Assembly: GCF_000009965.1 (NCBI RefSeq) | Contig: NC_006624.1 | Location: 810,001-842,000 of the forward strand | Source of the DNA: Thermococcus kodakarensis KOD1 | GTDB taxonomy: Archaea > Methanobacteriota_B > Thermococci > Thermococcales > Thermococcaceae | DNA: 32,000 bases | Reading direction: 5' to 3' | Part shown: positions 7,730 through 16,379 of the stretch, piece by piece | Position numbering within the stretch: position 1 is the first letter of the stretch | How the letters are laid out: each line of letters starts with the position of its first letter | Position numbers and translations under genes: made by a program | Notes under the pieces: model-generated | Databases searched by the model: none | Seen by the model: only the letters and a program-made list of their open reading frames with translations | Told to the model about the DNA's origin: nothing

Positions 7730-8520
7730 TGAGCCTGGAGCGTTTTGTAAAAATAAAGTACCAGACGAACGAGGAAAAAGCCGACAAACTTGTAGAAGGT
7801 CTTAAAGAGCTGGGTATCGAGTGCGCGAGGATCATAGAGGAAAAGGTAGACCTCCAGTTCGACGCCCTCAGACACCTCCGCGAAAATCTGAACGACGATG
7901 AGACCTTCATCAAGCTGGTAATAGCCAACTCCATAGTCAGCTACCAGCTGAGCGGGAAGGGAGAGGACTGGTGGTGGGAGTTCTCAAAGTATTTCTCCCA
8001 AAATCCTCCAGAGAAGAGCATAGTTGAGGCATGCTCAAAGTTTCTACCCTCATCAAGAACCAACCGCCGGCTCGTCGCCGGAAAGATCAAGAGGTTGGAA
8101 AAGCTCGAGCCGTTTCTAAACTCGCTGACGCTCCAAGAACTTAGGAGGTACTACTTTGAGAATATGATGGGACTGCGGAACGACATTGCAGAAGCCCTGG
8201 GATCTCCAAAAACCGCAAAGACCGTGGTTTTCGCCGTCAAGATGTTTGGCTACGCGGGTAGAATAGCCTTCGGGGAGTTTGTCCCGTATCCAATGGAGAT
8301 AGACATTCCCGAGGACGTCAGAATAAAAGCCTACACCGAAAGGATAACTAACGAGCCGCCGGTGAGCTTCTGGAGAAGGGTCGCCGAAGAAACGGGAATT
8401 CCACCGCTCCATATAGACTCAATCCTGTGGCCAGTGCTTGGGGGGAAGCGGGAAGTAATGGAACGGCTGAAGAAGGTCTGCGAGAAGTGGGAGTTAGTTC
8501 TTGAGCTCGGATCCCTCTGA
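7729..8520 (+). CDS. AGOG, archaeal 8-oxoguanine DNA glycosylase / N-glycosylase-DNA lyase
   Basis: SYQLSGKGEDWWWEFSKYF and ETGIPPLHIDSILWP closely resemble my recollection of Pyrobaculum AGOG (SYRLTGKGEEHW..., ETGIPPLHLDTLLW). ATG 7729 overlaps the upstream TGA by 1 nt. Confidence 0.88.
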   Translation: MSLERFVKIKYQTNEEKADKLVEGLKELGIECARIIEEKVDLQFDALRHLRENLNDDETFIKLVIANSIVSYQLSGKGEDWWWEFSKYFSQNPPEKSIVEACSKFLPSSRTNRRLVAGKIKRLEKLEPFLNSLTLQELRRYYFENMMGLRNDIAEALGSPKTAKTVVFAVKMFGYAGRIAFGEFVPYPMEIDIPEDVRIKAYTERITNEPPVSFWRRVAEETGIPPLHIDSILWPVLGGKREVMERLKKVCEKWELVLELGSL

Positions 8521-8623
8521 TTTTCCTTTTTAAACTGCCCTCTGTGGAATGTTGCGGAGACCGATAGTCTTTTATATTACTGCCTTTAGTTCTATTTGGT
8601 TAAAACTTCATGGGTGATAAGCG

Positions 8624-9469
8624 ATGCACTGGGGGCTGAAGCTTGAATTTATCAAAAGCATGAGAACGAAGAAGGTCTGGGTTCTGCTCGGCATAATGAT
8701 GCTTCTCTACGTGCCGGGGTTCTACCTAGAAAAAATGAACGGAAATACGCCTCAAACCGTTGGTGAGGCAGTAAACATGCTCGTCAGCAACATCGAGGAT
8801 CTGGCAGGGTTCTTCCTTGGAATACTCGCGCTCCTCCTTGGTGCCACCGCAATAAACTCCGACCTTGAGAACGGGACGATAAGGGTAGCCCTCAGCAAAC
8901 CAGTGAGGAGAATAGGCTACCTTGGGGGCAAGTTCCTAGCCCATGTTGTTGTGCTCCTCGCGGCGCTCCTCCTGATGACGGTGATAGGTATAATCGGCCT
9001 CGCCTGGATGGGGGCACCGTTCGGCCAAAAGCTCGTCACCGAGTCAATGCTCCTGAACTTTCTTCTTCTGCTCGCGATGATCCAGCTCGTTGCACTGGGC
9101 TACATCCTCTCCACGATGATAAAATCTTCAGGAACGGCCCTTGGAGCAGCTCTGGCGCTGTTCTTCATACTCTTCATGCTCATACCGAGCATCGTCTCGT
9201 TCATGGCAATCAAAGACTACGTCTTCGACGAGAACGTGAACTACGATGAGGTCGCGGAGAGGGTGGACGAGTACACTACAAAGTACCTGTTCTATTCACC
9301 GCTCTCCCAGATGGGGGTGATTCTCGGTGACGTGTACGAGGACGGCAATTACGTAGGCATTGCCCACGCCATAGGTAAGAACCCGGTAAACTTCGGTTTG
9401 ATAGTCGGTATGACCATCGTGTACTTTGGAGGGGCCTTTCTGAGGTTTGCCAGGATGGATTTGAGGTGA
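8624..9469 (+). CDS. ABC-2 type transporter permease
   Basis: Six predicted hydrophobic segments, an ABC-2-like N-terminus (EFIKSMRTKKVW), and a position directly upstream of an ABC ATPase gene. Confidence 0.75.
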   Translation: MHWGLKLEFIKSMRTKKVWVLLGIMMLLYVPGFYLEKMNGNTPQTVGEAVNMLVSNIEDLAGFFLGILALLLGATAINSDLENGTIRVALSKPVRRIGYLGGKFLAHVVVLLAALLLMTVIGIIGLAWMGAPFGQKLVTESMLLNFLLLLAMIQLVALGYILSTMIKSSGTALGAALALFFILFMLIPSIVSFMAIKDYVFDENVNYDEVAERVDEYTTKYLFYSPLSQMGVILGDVYEDGNYVGIAHAIGKNPVNFGLIVGMTIVYFGGAFLRFARMDLR

Positions 9470-9478
9470 TGGTTTGTG

Positions 9479-10396
9479 ATGAGGGTTGAGAATCTCGTCA
9501 AATTCTACAAGGACGTTAAGGCCCTCAACGGCCTCAACCTAGAAGTAAAACCAGGCCAAATCTACGGCTTCCTAGGCCCAAACGGAGCAGGAAAAAGCAC
9601 GACAATCCTGAGCACCCTCGGCCTAATCTTCCCACAACAAGGCCGCATACAACTCTTCGACCTAGAAGTCTTCAGGGATGGAAAATTCGACGAGAACAAA
9701 CTCGTCCAAGCAAAGAAGAGAATCGGCTACATGCCCGAACACGCAACCCTCTGGGACTTCCTCACACCAGTCCAAACCCTCGACATAATCGCGGATGCAT
9801 TCAAAATACCAAAAACCGAGAAGGAGAAAAGAATCAAAGAACTCCTAGACTTAGTAGGCCTAAGCGAGGCTAAGAACAGGAAGGTGGGCAAATTCTCGAA
9901 GGGCATGAGACAGAGGCTCCTCCTAGCCCAGGCACTCATCAACGACCCAGACCTCTTAATCCTCGACGAGCCAATGAGCGGTCTAGATCCAAAGGGCATC
10001 GCCGAGTTCAAGGACATTATCAGGGAGCAGAGAAAAGCCGGAAAAACGGTCTTCTTCTCAAGCCACATCCTGGCCCACGTTGAGGAAATCTGCGATACCG
10101 TTGGAGTCATCGTGAAGGGAAAACTCATCAGGGAAGGAAGCTTGGAGGAGATTAAGCGCGAGTTCCTTGAGAAAGCGGGCTACACGATAATTCTGGAGAC
10201 GAGCAAGCCCGTCGACTGGAGCAGTGCTCCCTGGCGCGCTTCACCCCTCGGCGAGAACAAGTACAGGATTGTGGCCGAGAGAGACATTAGAGAAGAACTC
10301 CACGACTACGTTGCAAAACAAGGAGCAAAAATACTCACCCTACAAATCAAAGAACCCACCCTCGAAGAAATATTCCTAAAAATGGTAAAAGAGTGA
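9479..10396 (+). CDS. ABC transporter ATP-binding protein
   Basis: Walker A GPNGAGKST, signature FSKGMRQRL, Walker B LLILDEP, and an H-loop SSH. Confidence 0.93.
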   Translation: MRVENLVKFYKDVKALNGLNLEVKPGQIYGFLGPNGAGKSTTILSTLGLIFPQQGRIQLFDLEVFRDGKFDENKLVQAKKRIGYMPEHATLWDFLTPVQTLDIIADAFKIPKTEKEKRIKELLDLVGLSEAKNRKVGKFSKGMRQRLLLAQALINDPDLLILDEPMSGLDPKGIAEFKDIIREQRKAGKTVFFSSHILAHVEEICDTVGVIVKGKLIREGSLEEIKREFLEKAGYTIILETSKPVDWSSAPWRASPLGENKYRIVAERDIREELHDYVAKQGAKILTLQIKEPTLEEIFLKMVKE

Positions 10397-10426
10397 AGAG
10401 AGGATTCTCCTCACTCTTTCTTTTCT
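10397..10426. terminator. Candidate bidirectional terminator hairpin between convergent genes
   Basis: AGAGAGGA-ttc-TCCTCACT forms an 8-bp stem with one mismatch, followed by CTTTCTTTTC on the plus strand. It lies between and partly overlaps the two convergent stop codons (10394-10396 and 10411-10413). Confidence 0.35.
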
Positions 10427-11142
10427 GGAGCTTTCGCTATTATCCTTGCGTCAACGACAACTGCTCCCTTGCCCTTCTCGTAGACGAAGACAGGGTTGAG
10501 GTCCATCTCCTTGATGTAGTCCCTGAGCTCATCAACGAGCTGAGACACTTTAAGGAGCATGTCCACGATGGCGTCTATGTCGGCTGGCTCTTCACCGCGC
10601 GCTCCGGCCAGAATCGGGTAGCCCTTGATCTCTGCTATCATCTTCCTTGCGTCCTTCTCGGTTATTGGGATTATCCTGAAGGTCACGTCCTTGAGTACCT
10701 CGACGAAGATGCCACCGAGGCCGAACATTATCGCGTGGCCGAACTGCGGGTCTTCTGTGACACCGATGATAATCTCCCTTCCTGGCCTGAGCATCGGCGC
10801 TATGAGGACACCGAGAATCTCGGCATCGGGGCGGTACTTCCTCGCGTTCTCGTGAATCTCCTCCCACTTCTGCTTCAGCTCTTCGGGAGACTTTATGTTG
10901 AGTATGACGACCTTGGCGTCGCTCTTGTGGAGTATCTGAGGCGACATGAGCTTCATGGCGACAGGATATCCAATCTCTTCGGCGTACTCCAGTGCTTCAT
11001 CAAGGGTCTTGGCAAGCTTTTCGTTTGGGACGGGCAGACTATAGGCCTTTAAGACCTGCTTGGCCTCGTACTCAACGAGCGCAGTCCTTCCAGACTTCAA
11101 AACGCTCTCAATAACCTTAAGGGCCTCTTCTTTGGCGCTCAT
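10411..11142 (-). CDS. acdB: Acetyl-CoA synthetase (ADP-forming) / NDP-forming acyl-CoA synthetase, beta subunit (ATP-grasp)
   Basis: MSAKEEALKVIESVLKSGRTALVEYEAKQVLKAYSLPVP is typical of the beta subunit. It sits immediately downstream of the alpha subunit (4-nt gap). ATG 11142 is preferred over the ORF-track start at 11181, which would overlap acdA. Confidence 0.88.
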   Translation of the reverse strand: MSAKEEALKVIESVLKSGRTALVEYEAKQVLKAYSLPVPNEKLAKTLDEALEYAEEIGYPVAMKLMSPQILHKSDAKVVILNIKSPEELKQKWEEIHENARKYRPDAEILGVLIAPMLRPGREIIIGVTEDPQFGHAIMFGLGGIFVEVLKDVTFRIIPITEKDARKMIAEIKGYPILAGARGEEPADIDAIVDMLLKVSQLVDELRDYIKEMDLNPVFVYEKGKGAVVVDARIIAKAPEKKE

Positions 11143-11146
11143 AACA

Positions 11147-12571
11147 TCATTCCCCCTTAACCTTGCGGAGGTATTCAGCATACCTCACGAGACCTGCCAT
11201 GGCACGGACTCCCCTCTCGGGGGTCGGGTAAACGGGGACGCCCTTCTCCTCAAGCATCCTTGCGTAGCGGTCGGTCTTCCTTCCGCCCATAGCAACTGCC
11301 ACTATCGGCTTGTCCGTCTTCTTCTGGTAGTCAGCGAGTATCTCGATGATCTTCTCCTCCTCAAGGAGCGGCACCTGGAAGAGGACGATGATGACTATCG
11401 CATCGACGTTCGGATCCTTCGTGAAGGCTTCAATAGCTATTCTGTACCTCTCGGCATCGGTGTCGCCCACGACATCGGTCGGGTTGCCAGCTACCGCGTG
11501 CGGCGGGAAGTTCTCCTCGAGAAACTTTATCGTCTCCTCGCTCAGCTCCGCCATCTTGAGGCCGAACCTGGCAACTGCGTCGCTCGCCATAACTCCAGCT
11601 CCACCGCCGTCGGTGATTATGCCTATCCTGTCGCCCTTCGGGAGCTTGTGGAGTAGTGCGGCGAAGGCCTTAGCAAGGTCGAACATGTGTTCGAAGTCCT
11701 CGGCGCGGATTATTCCAGTCTGCTTGAAGACCGCGTCGTAGATGGTGTCGGCTCCAGCGAGCGAGCCTGTGTGAGAAGATGCAGCTTTAGCTCCGTACTC
11801 CGTTCTTCCGCTCTTCAAGGCGATTACGGGCTTAACCTTGGTGATCTTCTTTGCCGCCTCCATGAACTTCCTTCCGTCCTTGACGCCCTCGATGTAGAAG
11901 GTAACGACCTTTATCTCGTCGTCGTGGATGAAGTACTCCATGAGATCTGCATCGTCCACGTCGAGCTTGTTGCCGTAGCTGACCATCTTACCGATGCCTA
12001 TGCCAGCCATAGCAGCCCAGTCGAGCATAGCAGCTGCGAATGCACCGCTCTGGCTAACGAAGGCTATTGGCCCGCTCTTCGGCCTGTCCATCTTCTCTTC
12101 CGGCAAGAAGACGGTATCAACGCCGGTATCTGGAACGTAAACGCCGACACAGTTGGGGCCGATGACCCTTATCCCGTTTGCCCTCGCTATCTCAAGTATC
12201 TCCTGCTCCATTCTCTTGCCTTCTTCTCCAAGCTCACCGAAGCCGCCGGTGATGATGACGACCGCCTTAATGCCCTTCTCAGCTACCTCCCTCATCGTTG
12301 CCGGCACGAACTTGGCCGGAATCGAGATAACGGCCAGATCAGTGTCATCGGGGAGCTCTTTAACGCTGTGGTAAACCTTGTAGCCCTCTATCTCGTCGAG
12401 CTTGGGGTTAACGGGGTAGATGTTGCCCTTGAAAATCCCGCGCTCCTTGTTCATTCTGAAGTTCTCAAAAATAACGTTTCCGACCTTTCCCTTCTTGTCG
12501 GTTGCACCGATGATTGCGACCGCCTTCGGGTCAAAGAAGGGCCTGAGTTCTTCGACGATTTTCTCTGACAT
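11147..12571 (-). CDS. acdA: Acetyl-CoA synthetase (ADP-forming) / NDP-forming acyl-CoA synthetase, alpha subunit
   Basis: CoA-binding N-terminus (FFDPKAVAIIGATDKKGKVG) and the phosphohistidine loop SSHTGSLAG. The SD GGAGGG lies upstream. Confidence 0.92.
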   Translation of the reverse strand: MSEKIVEELRPFFDPKAVAIIGATDKKGKVGNVIFENFRMNKERGIFKGNIYPVNPKLDEIEGYKVYHSVKELPDDTDLAVISIPAKFVPATMREVAEKGIKAVVIITGGFGELGEEGKRMEQEILEIARANGIRVIGPNCVGVYVPDTGVDTVFLPEEKMDRPKSGPIAFVSQSGAFAAAMLDWAAMAGIGIGKMVSYGNKLDVDDADLMEYFIHDDEIKVVTFYIEGVKDGRKFMEAAKKITKVKPVIALKSGRTEYGAKAASSHTGSLAGADTIYDAVFKQTGIIRAEDFEHMFDLAKAFAALLHKLPKGDRIGIITDGGGAGVMASDAVARFGLKMAELSEETIKFLEENFPPHAVAGNPTDVVGDTDAERYRIAIEAFTKDPNVDAIVIIVLFQVPLLEEEKIIEILADYQKKTDKPIVAVAMGGRKTDRYARMLEEKGVPVYPTPERGVRAMAGLVRYAEYLRKVKGE

Positions 12572-12810
12572 GCCTATCCCTCCTGAGAAAGCAACTTTCG
12601 AGTAAAAATTCCACGAGAATGTATAAAAATGTTGCGCAGAGAAAAATTCGAGCGCTGATGGATTTAAAGGTTCACCAGTGGACCGATTTTATAAAATGGG
12701 GGCCGCTCTTTTTTCTTTTTAAGTAGGGGGTCTTTATGATTTAGCCACTCCAAGGTCCCAGGTGTGATCGGGGATACCCTAAGTCTAACATAAACAACGC
12801 GTACAACGAC

Positions 12811-13515
12811 TTAGATATCCCCTCTTTCCCTCACCTTTCTCCTCACGTTGGGGTCGCGGTCGGCTATGATCTTCAGCGCCTCCTCGAAGCTCATCCAGTC
12901 GGGAACTTCTTCGTTGAGGTATATCCCGGTCCTACCAATGCTGTCCCTCCTCGTAAGGACGTGAACCCTCTCGGTAACGATATCCACGCTCACTCCAAGT
13001 ATTTTGGCGACTTCTGGCTCTCTTCCCATGACTTCCCTCTCTATGTGTCCCTTCTCCGTTGGGAGTATTAGGATGAGCTTTTTGTTAACTCCTGGGACTC
13101 TCTCCTTCGTTTTGACACCCCAGATGTCGATTGCCCCGCCCCAGCGGTAGAACTCAAGCTCCCTGTCCGTTGGTTCAAGCAGAGGAAATGTAACGCTAGT
13201 CTCCTCATCTATCTCGATGACGCCCTTTATCAGGTGCCATGGTGTTGCCATAACGATTTTTCTCCTCCGTACAAGGCCTTCGAGGGCCAGCTCGATGAGG
13301 TAGCTCGGAACCCGAATTGGAATGAAGATGTCTATGTCGCTGTCCTTTCTGACGTCTCCCCTAGCGACGCTTCCATAGAGGACGGGATCAAAGTCCTTCA
13401 GCCTCTCCATAATCTTTAGGGCATTCTCACGCTTTTCCCACAGGTAGCGCCAGCGTTTTGGGGAGTACACAACTTCCCTCTCGTCCCAGATTTTCACAAC
13501 CTTCTCCCTGGGCAT
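12811..13515 (-). CDS. Pol-beta-superfamily nucleotidyltransferase-domain protein, function unknown
   Basis: The NTase signature is GSVARGDVRKDSDIDIFI (GS-x9-12-DxD). The roughly 130-aa C-terminal region shows no motif I recognise. Confidence 0.7.
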   Translation of the reverse strand: MPREKVVKIWDEREVVYSPKRWRYLWEKRENALKIMERLKDFDPVLYGSVARGDVRKDSDIDIFIPIRVPSYLIELALEGLVRRRKIVMATPWHLIKGVIEIDEETSVTFPLLEPTDRELEFYRWGGAIDIWGVKTKERVPGVNKKLILILPTEKGHIEREVMGREPEVAKILGVSVDIVTERVHVLTRRDSIGRTGIYLNEEVPDWMSFEEALKIIADRDPNVRRKVRERGDI

Positions 13516-13599
13516 CGATTCGTTCTCTGTCGTTTTCCTTTAATAAGATAACCGATACCGTTTTATAGTACAGAACTAAGCCCACCCTGGTGAACAAAG

Positions 13600-14022
13600 A
13601 TGCCGGTGGTTGCACACAACCTCACGAAGGTTGAGGTAGAAAAACTCTCAGGAAGCATACCCACGGGTCAGATTCAGGTAAACTTGAGCCCAAAAATAGA
13701 AGATCTCAGGCTGGGAGAGGTAAGAACCCCAACTGGAAAGATAAACGGTGTTGAAGTGGTGTTCAGCTTTGAAGTGACTTATCAGCCCGAGATTGCGAGG
13801 GCTGTCATCAAGGGACTTCTGCTGTACCTTCCCCCGAAGAAGGAAATGATTGACGAAATCCTGAACCTCTGGGAAGAGGAGAAAAAGGTAAACTCAGTGC
13901 TCTTTGTGGAAGTTACCAACTTCCTTACCAGCGAACTTTCGCCGCTCCTGATGATCATCTCCAAGGAGATGAGACTCCCATACCACATTCCGCTTCCGAG
14001 GGCACAGCTGAGGACTCAGTAA
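13600..14022 (+). CDS. Hypothetical 140-aa protein
   Basis: Intact ORF with the SD GGTGA 6 nt upstream of the ATG and coding-like codon usage. I cannot assign a family. Any SecB-like resemblance in its beta-rich N-half and helical C-half is only a guess. Confidence 0.6.
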   Translation: MPVVAHNLTKVEVEKLSGSIPTGQIQVNLSPKIEDLRLGEVRTPTGKINGVEVVFSFEVTYQPEIARAVIKGLLLYLPPKKEMIDEILNLWEEEKKVNSVLFVEVTNFLTSELSPLLMIISKEMRLPYHIPLPRAQLRTQ

Positions 14023-15197
14023 TAGCCCTCCGCCTCTAAAATCTTTTTGTTCACTTCCTCAAGCTGTGAGTTCTTTTCAAGGATCTTGACCAAGAGCTCA
14101 TAAGCCTGGGCGGGCCTTTTCCTGGACACGTAGAACTCGGCAATCTCAACGATGTCGAGGAGGTCGTAGAGCCTCTGATTTGCGATGTAGGTCTTTAGCA
14201 GGGCCAGCCGTATCCTGATCTTCTGTTCAATGTTCGAGCTGATGTTGAGGGCCTCTTTATAGTGTTTAACTGCATCATCGAACTTGTTTATTCCGATTAA
14301 TGCCTCGGCGAGCTCAATGAGCTTTTCCTGCGTCGCTTTATCGTCTCCTGCGGCGCGATAGGAACTCACTATTTGATAGAGCATCCTAACGGCGTTTATC
14401 CCAACGAGCTTTGCTCTGCCCGTGTTCTCACAGAGCATATATGCATACTGGGCCTTGACGAGGTTCGTTGCTGTCCCGTCAAGATCACCCTCGGAGTATG
14501 AAAGCTTGCTGGCCTTTTCATAGTTTTTAGCGGCCGTTTCCATAATCTCAAGGTAGTGAGAGTCGTGACCGAATATCGCCCTGACGTACTTAGCGAGCAC
14601 GTAGAACGCGTCAGCGGCAGCCGAAAGGTTCTTACTTTCAACGAGATTCTCGGTGATTTCACCGTAGATATCGAGGAGTTTTCCAGCGATACGCTTTATG
14701 TCCGTCTCGCTACCCACTATCTTGTAGTAGTGAAACGCAGACTCGTAAACCCTGGCAGCAGTTTTGAGATCACCAGAGCTTTCAAAAGAATTCCCAAGCT
14801 CCTCGTAGATGTTCCCAAACCTAGTGCCGTACTTTGTCATGAACCTCGAGTCCCCCGTGACTGCAAAGACCTCAAGGACGTTCAGGGTGTATTGGTCAAG
14901 GGCATCCAGGTCAACATCGGGCTTTGATATCTCCTCCTCGACCAAGTTTATATAAAGTGACGCCGCTTTAAGAAGGTAAGGCCTGGCCTTCTCGGGGGAA
15001 GCCTTTCTAGTCAGATACCTCCCGATGTACCTGAACAGCCTCGCAGCATCCTCGTAGTTCTTTCTCTCTTCATACCTCTGGGCAGCTCTTAGTATTAACT
15101 TCAATCCCTCTTTAACCCTGCCGCTATCAACGTATTTAAACCCAATCTCCTCAATCTCCTCGGGGGATGTTGTTTCGGGCAAATCCAACTCTCTCAC
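14016..15197 (-). CDS. All-alpha TPR-like (SNAP-like) repeat protein, function unknown
   Basis: Repeated A..Y..A...Y helical-pair patterns occur throughout (AARLFRYIGRYL, LLKAASLYINL, AARVYESAFHYYKIVG, AADAFYVLAKYV, AAKNYEKASKL). The start is ambiguous: GTG 15197 (ORF track) or in-frame TTG 15188, which lies 4 nt after the SD GGTGAG. Confidence 0.6.
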   Translation of the reverse strand: MRELDLPETTSPEEIEEIGFKYVDSGRVKEGLKLILRAAQRYEERKNYEDAARLFRYIGRYLTRKASPEKARPYLLKAASLYINLVEEEISKPDVDLDALDQYTLNVLEVFAVTGDSRFMTKYGTRFGNIYEELGNSFESSGDLKTAARVYESAFHYYKIVGSETDIKRIAGKLLDIYGEITENLVESKNLSAAADAFYVLAKYVRAIFGHDSHYLEIMETAAKNYEKASKLSYSEGDLDGTATNLVKAQYAYMLCENTGRAKLVGINAVRMLYQIVSSYRAAGDDKATQEKLIELAEALIGINKFDDAVKHYKEALNISSNIEQKIRIRLALLKTYIANQRLYDLLDIVEIAEFYVSRKRPAQAYELLVKILEKNSQLEEVNKKILEAEGYY

Positions 15198-15266
15198 CCC
15201 ATATCGTTACATTGGTGACCATACAGGTACTAAGGAAATGTTCACAGACCAATATTTAAGCGTTGC

Positions 15267-16286
15267 CTATGCTTTAACGATGTTATAGCCGGCCGCCTTC
15301 CTCAGGCGGTTCATTACTGCAAGCCCCACTCCTACCTCCTCAACCCCTTCGGCTATTATCACGTCCACGCCGCGCTTGTCAAGCTCTCTGAGGGCCTTGA
15401 AGAGATTTCTGGCGACTTCTTCTAAGGTTTTCCCGAGGAAGTAGAACTCGTCCGCCTCCACTTCAAAAGTCGCCATCACACCAACGCGGTGGCCCTTTTT
15501 CCTGTACTCATCCACCAGCTCCTGGATTTTTCTTCTCCTGTTCTCAGGAGTTCCCTCAACAACTATCACCATTGCGTTTGGGGCGTAGTGCTTGTACTTC
15601 ATTCCGGGAGCCTTCGCGAGGTCTATCTTCTTTCCCTTGACCGCGGGGTGTATCCTGATGGGCCCGATAACTTTCTCCAGCTCCTCCAGCGGGATACCCC
15701 CTGGTCTCAGGAGAACTGGGGGCTCTTCGGTGAGGTCAACGACCGTTGATTCGACACCGACCCAAGTCTCGCCGCCGTCTATTATCCCCTCGATTTTTCC
15801 GTAGAAGTCGTCAATCACGTGCTCGGCCGAAGTCGGGCTGGGCTTCCCGCTTATGTTGGCCGAGGGAGCGGCCAGTGGGGTGCTCGCCCTTATGAGAGCG
15901 AGTGCTATTGGGTGGGCGGGCATCCTTACGGCGACGGTGTCGAGGCCGCCGGTCGTGACCAGCGGCACTTCCTCACGCTTTGGAAGAACGAGTGTGAGCG
16001 GTCCAGGCCAGAACCTCTCCGCGAGGAGCTTTGCCTTCTCGGGCACTTCTCTGGCAACTTTCTCAAGGTCATCGATGCTTGCTATGTGGATTATCAGAGG
16101 ATTGTCCGCGGGTCTTCCTTTGGCCTCGAATATCCTCCTGACGGCCCCCTCGTTCAGGGCGTCGGCCCCAAGGCCGTAAACGGTCTCGGTCGGAAACGCC
16201 ACGAGTTTCCCCTCAAGGATGAGCCTCGCGGCTACCTTTATCTTCTTCTCATCCAGGCCGTCTCGCATGTTGATAACTATCGTCAC
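15267..16286 (-). CDS. sua5: L-threonylcarbamoyladenylate synthase Sua5 (YrdC + Sua5 domains; t6A pathway)
   Basis: YrdC signature VAFPTETVYGLGADA, plus a C-terminal Sua5 domain. GTG 16286 lies 4 nt after the SD GGTGAG and leaves about 28 aa before VAFPTE, matching my recollection of the Sulfolobus Sua5 layout. The ORF track starts at 16295. Confidence 0.9.
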   Translation of the reverse strand: MTIVINMRDGLDEKKIKVAARLILEGKLVAFPTETVYGLGADALNEGAVRRIFEAKGRPADNPLIIHIASIDDLEKVAREVPEKAKLLAERFWPGPLTLVLPKREEVPLVTTGGLDTVAVRMPAHPIALALIRASTPLAAPSANISGKPSPTSAEHVIDDFYGKIEGIIDGGETWVGVESTVVDLTEEPPVLLRPGGIPLEELEKVIGPIRIHPAVKGKKIDLAKAPGMKYKHYAPNAMVIVVEGTPENRRRKIQELVDEYRKKGHRVGVMATFEVEADEFYFLGKTLEEVARNLFKALRELDKRGVDVIIAEGVEEVGVGLAVMNRLRKAAGYNIVKA

Positions 16287-16379
16287 GTCCCTCACCCCAT
16301 CGTATTTGAGAAAACCGAGAGTTCTGAGCGATAATCCTGAACGCCCTCTCGACTTCTGGTGAGAAAAGTGGTTAAAAAG

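Noticed and set aside
10393-12568. Long plus-strand ORFs (10393-11052, 11060-11656, 11346-11741, 11687-12568) opposite the acdB and acdA genes
   Set aside because: They are antisense to genes with unmistakable family motifs. Their translations are low-complexity and rich in L, V, D and R, with no recognisable domain. This is typical mirror-frame ORF noise in G/C3-rich coding DNA.
12650-12720. C/D-box sRNA interpretation of the structured element upstream of acdA
   Set aside because: There is only a degenerate C-box-like CTGATGG and no CUGA D or D' box in the right position, so I keep it only as a generic candidate RNA. I also scanned the other intergenic regions and found no convincing C/D or H/ACA box arrangement and no tRNA-like cloverleaf.
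12811-14022. Reading the nucleotidyltransferase plus small neighbouring gene as an MNT/HEPN-type toxin-antitoxin or defence pair
   Set aside because: The NTase is 234 aa with an extra domain, unlike minimal MNTs. The neighbour is divergently transcribed and shows no HEPN Rx4-6H motif that I can find.
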